Part shown: positions 59,337-64,000 of the stretch, piece after piece
Layout of the letters: every line of letters begins with the position of its first letter
Numbering within the stretch: position 1 is the stretch's first letter
Source: Patescibacteria group bacterium
GTDB lineage: Bacteria; Patescibacteriota; Minisyncoccia; JAHIHE01; JAGLIN01
Direction of reading: 5' to 3'
DNA length: 64,000 nucleotides
NCBI GenBank assembly: GCA_041670805.1
Contig: JBAXYM010000001.1
Location: 29,612-93,611 of the forward strand
Made by a program: the position numbers and the translations under genes
Notes under the pieces: model-generated
The model's input: the letters and a program-made list of their open reading frames with translations, nothing else
What the model was told of the DNA's origin: nothing
Database searches by the model: none

Positions 59337-59493
59337 AAACTTGTCGATCTTTTTGCGAGGGGGGCGAAATTTGATTTCGCTTCTTTCCTTGTTATACCAA
59401 GTTAGCTCAATCCGTTGGCACAATGCTCCACGTAGGGATTGTGGTATGGATTCAGTTGGTTTGACAGTCAGCTAAATATTAAGATTAAAACCT

Positions 59494-62154
59494 ATGTCAA
59501 TTTTAGATAAGATTTTCGGGGATCCGAATGAAAAAGAAGTCAAGAAAATGCGGCCGATGATCGATAAAATAAACGCGCTGGAAGAAGAATACAAAAAAAT
59601 GTCAGACGAGGATCTGCGGGGGCGGACGGATATTTTTAAAGCGCGCATCGAGAAGGGAGAAGATTTAGATGCCCTTTTGCCGGAAGCTTTTGCCACAGTG
59701 CGCGAAACCGCCAGCCGGGTGCTGAGGCAGAGGCATTACGACGTCCAGCTTATCGGAGGCATTGTGCTCCACAAAGGACAGATTTCGGAAATGAAAACCG
59801 GAGAAGGGAAAACGCTGGTCTCGACTCTGCCGGTCTATTTGAACGCGCTCACGGGAAAAGGCGTACATATCGTGACGGTAAACGATTATTTGGCAAAACG
59901 GGACGCCAATTGGATGGGTCCGATTTATCATTTTCTGGGACTCAGCGTTTCGGCGATCCAACACGAGCATTCATATCTCTTTGAGCCGCAGACCAAGCCG
60001 GACGGGCAAGAAGTCACGGTGGAAATGCAAAATTTAAGCGAGATTTCCCGCAAGGAAGCTTACGCCGCGGACATAACTTACGGAACCAACAATGAATTCG
60101 GTTTCGATTATTTGCGCGACAATATGGCGGTGCAGCATCGGCAACTGGTGCAGCGCGAACTCAATTTCGCGGTAGTGGACGAAATCGACAGCATTCTTAT
60201 CGACGAGGCGAGAACGCCGCTCATTATTTCCGCGCCGGATATGGATTCGGACAGCATGTATGACAGTTTTTCGCGCCTGGTGCCGCGGCTGCAAAAAGAA
60301 ACCGACTACACTGTCGATGAAAAAATGCACGCGGTCAGTCTCACGGAAGAGGGAATTGATCATGTGGAGCAGCTATTGGGAATGCAAAATATTTACGACG
60401 AAGGCGGAATCGCGCTGGTGCATCACTTGGAGCAAGCACTCAAAGCGGAAATACTTTTCAAGCGCGACAAAGATTATATGGTACAAGACGACGAAGTTAT
60501 TATCATCGACGAATTCACCGGACGCGCAATGCCGGGCAGAAGATTCAGCGAGGGGCTGCATCAGGCGATAGAAGCGAAAGAAAAAGTAAAGATCCAAAAA
60601 GAAAGCCGGACTTTGGCGACCATTACTTTTCAAAATTATTTCCGCCTTTACAAAAAGCTGGCCGGTATGACCGGAACGGCCGCCACTTCTTCCGAAGAGT
60701 TCGGAAAAGTTTACAAACTGGAAGTGCTGGAAATTCCGACCAACAACCCGATTATAAGAAATGACCGTCCCGACTCGATTTACAAGACCGAAAGGGGAAA
60801 ATTTCAGGCGCTGGTGCGGGAAATAAAAGCGCGGCATGAAAAAGGCCAGCCGGTTTTGGTAGGAACCATTTCCATTGAGAAATCGGAGGCGATCAGCGAG
60901 CTTTTGAAAAGAGAAGGCATCCGGCACGAGGTTTTGAATGCCAAATTCCACGAGAAAGAAGCGCTCATCGTCGCCAACGCCGGACAGCGCGGCGCGGTAA
61001 CCATCGCCACCAATATGGCGGGACGGGGGACAGACATCAAGCTGGGCGAGGGCGTAAAGGAATTGGGCGGACTCTGTATTCTGGGAACAGAGAGGCACGA
61101 AGCGCGCCGCATCGACAATCAGCTCCGCGGACGCAGCGGACGGCAGGGCGAACCGGGCGAGACGCAATTCTATGTGTCCACCGAAGACCATTTGATGCGC
61201 GTGTTCGGTTCTGAAAAGATGAAAAAGGTGATGGACACTTTCGGCATCGAGGAAGATATGCCTATCGAGAATTCTTTCATCTCCAAACAAATTGAAGCGG
61301 CGCAGAAAAAAATCGAGGGCTACAACTTCGATCTGCGCAAGCACATTCTCGATTATGACGACGTAATGAACAAGCAGCGGGAGTCGATTTATAAACGCCG
61401 GCGGGAAATTTTGGCGGCCACCGCAAAACTTGAAGAAAAAAACGACGATACGCCGATAACCAAAGAGACTTTTCCCGAACTTCTCAAGCTCAAAGACAAA
61501 ATCCTGAATATGCTGGAAAAACAAATCCAAGACATTGTCTCGGTGCACTGCACGGACTTGCGCGGCAATTGGGACGAGAAAGGAATGTGGGAAGCAGTCA
61601 ACAAAATTTCGCCCTTGGAGAAGGAAACTCAAAATAAGCTGGAGGAAATCATGCAATCCGACAAGCCGGACGAAATGGCAAAGGGAGAACTTGTGGATTT
61701 GTTTTATAGCGCAATCGGCGCCGATTACAGCGAGAAAGAAAAAGGCGTGGGCTACGAAACAACGCGCCAGATCGAAAAGATGGTACTGCTACGCAGTATC
61801 GATATGCTCTGGATGGAACATCTGACTTCCATGGATTGCCTGCGCGACGGCATCGGACTGCGCGGCTACGGACAAAGAGATCCGCTGGTGGAATACAAAA
61901 AGGAAGCTTACCGAATGTATCACGACCTGCTCAAAGCCATCGAGAACAACGTGGTGACTTCACTCTTCAAGATCCAAGTCGCGCGCAAGATCGAGTCGCC
62001 GATGGAAAGCAAAAACGTCCAAGAAAGTGGCGGAAGCGTCGATGAGTCGGAGACAAATAAGCCGGAAGTAAATACTAATAAGACAGGGAGGAATGAGTTG
62101 TGCAGTTGCGGGAGCGGACTTAAGTATAAGAAGTGTTGCGGGAAAAACGCATAA
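59494..62154 (+). CDS. secA: Preprotein translocase subunit SecA
   Basis: MKTGEGKT, DEIDSILIDEARTPLIIS, NMAGRGTDI, SEC-C GRNELCSCGSGLKYKKCCG. Confidence 0.99.
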   Translation: MSILDKIFGDPNEKEVKKMRPMIDKINALEEEYKKMSDEDLRGRTDIFKARIEKGEDLDALLPEAFATVRETASRVLRQRHYDVQLIGGIVLHKGQISEMKTGEGKTLVSTLPVYLNALTGKGVHIVTVNDYLAKRDANWMGPIYHFLGLSVSAIQHEHSYLFEPQTKPDGQEVTVEMQNLSEISRKEAYAADITYGTNNEFGFDYLRDNMAVQHRQLVQRELNFAVVDEIDSILIDEARTPLIISAPDMDSDSMYDSFSRLVPRLQKETDYTVDEKMHAVSLTEEGIDHVEQLLGMQNIYDEGGIALVHHLEQALKAEILFKRDKDYMVQDDEVIIIDEFTGRAMPGRRFSEGLHQAIEAKEKVKIQKESRTLATITFQNYFRLYKKLAGMTGTAATSSEEFGKVYKLEVLEIPTNNPIIRNDRPDSIYKTERGKFQALVREIKARHEKGQPVLVGTISIEKSEAISELLKREGIRHEVLNAKFHEKEALIVANAGQRGAVTIATNMAGRGTDIKLGEGVKELGGLCILGTERHEARRIDNQLRGRSGRQGEPGETQFYVSTEDHLMRVFGSEKMKKVMDTFGIEEDMPIENSFISKQIEAAQKKIEGYNFDLRKHILDYDDVMNKQRESIYKRRREILAATAKLEEKNDDTPITKETFPELLKLKDKILNMLEKQIQDIVSVHCTDLRGNWDEKGMWEAVNKISPLEKETQNKLEEIMQSDKPDEMAKGELVDLFYSAIGADYSEKEKGVGYETTRQIEKMVLLRSIDMLWMEHLTSMDCLRDGIGLRGYGQRDPLVEYKKEAYRMYHDLLKAIENNVVTSLFKIQVARKIESPMESKNVQESGGSVDESETNKPEVNTNKTGRNELCSCGSGLKYKKCCGKNA

Positions 62155-62163
62155 ATCATCAAT

Positions 62164-62553
62164 ATGATAGATCAAATTACAGTTAGGTTAAAACCGGGAC
62201 AAGATCTAAAACAAGAAATTGAAGATGTCGTTAAGCAGAAGGATATCAAAGCTGGAATTATTGCTTCCATTGTAGGAAGTTTGACCAAAGCGGTCTTGAG
62301 AATAGCAGACGGTGTGAATGTAAAACAGTGGGATGGGCTATTTGAAATAGTTTCCGGAACGGGAACTGTATCTGTAAACGGCTGCCACATCCATATATCC
62401 ATTGCCGATCGAGAGGGTGCAGTTTTTGGTGGACACCTGAAACAAGGCTGTGTCATAAATACTACTGTTGAATTAGTAATTCTGTTTTTTAAGAATACTG
62501 AATTTAAAAGGTTGCCGGATGAAACAACCGGTTACAATGAATTAGTGGCATGA
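62164..62553 (+). CDS. PPC/DUF296 domain protein
   Basis: RLKPGQDL, FEIVSGTGT, HIHISIAD, GGHL. Confidence 0.9.
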   Translation: MIDQITVRLKPGQDLKQEIEDVVKQKDIKAGIIASIVGSLTKAVLRIADGVNVKQWDGLFEIVSGTGTVSVNGCHIHISIADREGAVFGGHLKQGCVINTTVELVILFFKNTEFKRLPDETTGYNELVA

Positions 62554-62594
62554 TAGGATAGAGCAAGGCTTTAGTGCCCATACGTCGTATGATG

Positions 62595-62630
62595 TTAAAT
62601 CTAAAAGTGTTGCGGGAAGTAAATCAATCT
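62595..62630 (+). repeat. Short duplicate of the secA 3' end
   Basis: AAGTGTTGCGGGAA at 62131-62144 and 62605-62618, here reading KCCGK-stop; flanks partly similar. Confidence 0.65.
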
Positions 62631-62779
62631 AATTTGTTCTTACGAAGATTACATTAGGTAACAGATTAAGTTAATTCGGTATAACTCACGATTTTTGGGG
62701 TGCAGCGGAACAAAGTTGAGAAATTCTTTCAATTGATTTCAGACTTTACGATAAACATTTTTACTTTAGATATCGCGTT

Positions 62780-62820
62780 CAAGCGATTCCTCAATCGGAG
62801 TACCTCATTTCGGAATGACA
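62780..62820. repeat. Half of a family A variant palindrome
   Basis: CTCAATCGGAGTACCTCATTTCGGAATGAC, reverse complement of ~32553-32583. Confidence 0.75.
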
Positions 62821-62878
62821 CAAAGACAAAGAAATTTGTTGGAAAAAATGTATAAAAATCGTAAAAAATAAAAAAAAT

Positions 62879-63340
62879 ATGGAAAATAATCTTTATCTAA
62901 AATTAGCCATAGACAAATCGCAAGAATCATTTGAAAAAGGATTCTTTCCTGCCGGTGCTGTCATTGTATTAAATGGTAAAATTTTATCTTCAAAGACCAG
63001 CAATTCTTTTCCCGGATATAACCACGCCGAATACAACGCTATCGACGAAGCTTTCGCTAAATCCAACAGCGACCTTTCAAATGCTGTGCTATATACTTCT
63101 ATGGAGCCATGCCTCATGTGTATGGCGAAAGCATATTGGGCGGGAATTAGGAAAATTGTTTTTGCGATTGGCAAAGAATCTATGAATAAAAAATATTACG
63201 AAGGCGCCTACAAGAATAAGAACCAGATAGAATCTCTTAATGAGAAAATGGAATTTTTACAAGTACGGAACATGGAAAAGGAAGCGTTAAAAATTGTTGA
63301 GACTTGGGAAAACAGTTTCAAGACATCTCTAAAAAAATAA
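62879..63340 (+). CDS. Zn-dependent nucleoside/nucleobase deaminase (TadA/guanine-deaminase-like)
   Basis: HAE...LYTSMEPCLMC. Confidence 0.88.
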   Translation: MENNLYLKLAIDKSQESFEKGFFPAGAVIVLNGKILSSKTSNSFPGYNHAEYNAIDEAFAKSNSDLSNAVLYTSMEPCLMCMAKAYWAGIRKIVFAIGKESMNKKYYEGAYKNKNQIESLNEKMEFLQVRNMEKEALKIVETWENSFKTSLKK

Positions 63341-63413
63341 GGTGGCAAAAGAAAGATGATGCTTTTAGATATTTTTGCAATATAACCCATTGACTATCTA
63401 ACCAAACCAAAAT

Positions 63414-63626
63414 ATGCCAAAAAATGAAATCAGCAAAGAAATTTTTGACCGGGAAACATCCATGTGCGGGAAGTTGAACAAAAAGAATGGCGGCAAGTGC
63501 TGTTGGGGAGAATGCAAAAACTGCGGAGTGATTCCACTTCTTTATAAACTCCATAAGGGCGAACTTTTGGAAAAGGCGGAGGAGATAGAGAAGATAAAGA
63601 TGGGGTTATACGAGCAAGGACAGTGA
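63414..63626 (+). CDS. Small Cys-rich hypothetical protein
   Basis: MCGKL...KCCWGECKNCGVIPLLYKLH. Confidence 0.6.
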   Translation: MPKNEISKEIFDRETSMCGKLNKKNGGKCCWGECKNCGVIPLLYKLHKGELLEKAEEIEKIKMGLYEQGQ

Positions 63627-63646
63627 TTGAAAAACAAATTGTTAGA

Positions 63647-63755
63647 CGGAGTAGCACGGCTTTAGCCTGCGCCGCTGTCCAATACGGACAGAACAAGCTT
63701 ATACGATCGCCCCATCCGGCTTGGGATAGCCGCGCAGGCTAAAGCCTGCACTCCG
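63647..63755. repeat. Family C REP doublet
   Basis: CGGAGTAGCACGGCTTTAGCCTGCG...CGCAGGCTAAAGCCTGCACTCCG. Confidence 0.88.
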
Positions 63756-63930
63756 CCATATCCTTCCGTTTTCTTTCGCGCCCCCGTAAAAAACTTGTAA
63801 AATTGAAAAAAGTTTATTATACTGGGGAGGTCGGTTAACATTGTTATTTTAGAACGTCCGCTTAGTCACCGAAAAGACGAAAAAAATCGCCTTGGTCGGT
63901 TTTTTATATTTAATCTAATTTTCAGCAATT

Positions 63931-64000
63931 ATGTCAAGCAAAAGAAAGCTAATCCTCAATTTTGTGCTAATCCTGATTCTGTTTACAGCGAGTGCCTACG
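63931..64000 (+). CDS. 5' end of a membrane or secreted protein, truncated by the window
   Basis: MSSKRKLILNFVLILILFTASAY; upstream TTGTAA-17-TATACT promoter. Confidence 0.5.
   Translation, partial: MSSKRKLILNFVLILILFTASAY

Noticed and set aside
60373-61656. 427-aa minus-strand ORF, and similar long ORFs at 30122-31390, 36616-37557 and 57546-58421
   Set aside because: Antisense or off-frame shadows of well-supported genes; no motifs.
63494-63512. KCCWG codons as a third secA 3'-end copy
   Set aside because: Poor nucleotide match, and it lies inside a coherent ORF.

Overview
This window looks like chromosome from a small-genome bacterium, most consistent with Patescibacteria/CPR (Parcubacteria-like). 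That placement is inferred from gene content and hypothetical-protein style. The genetic code is standard, with TGA stops and a tRNA-Trp(CCA). Housekeeping genes include prfA, rpmE, rpsB, tsf, rpmG, rplJ, rplL, uppS, pcm, mltG, murB, hpf, secA and four tRNAs. They are interleaved with small accessory genes (three NUDIX, GNAT, deaminases), a large S8 protease, a GH5-like hydrolase and a ~16 kb glycan locus. Most notable: (1) accessory DNA inserted at the 3' ends of essential genes with the displaced 3' end left behind (prfA, secA), plus an array of hairpinned tRNA-Tyr 3'-end repeats; (2) three promoter-driven, stem-closed candidate small RNAs between rpmE and rpsB, two sharing promoter and closing stem but with different interiors; (3) at least seven palindromic REP-like families, partly nested in MITE-like shells, bracketing rplJL as ~450-bp inverted repeats and the glycan locus as ~220-bp direct repeats; (4) an operon of two divergent SufS paralogues, DUF4395 and a Cys-motif hybrid histidine kinase missed by the ORF track; (5) an apparently circularly permuted P-loop kinase. 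No CRISPR-Cas, integrase or transposase gene was seen. All calls were made by eye, and repeat coordinates may be off by a few bases.
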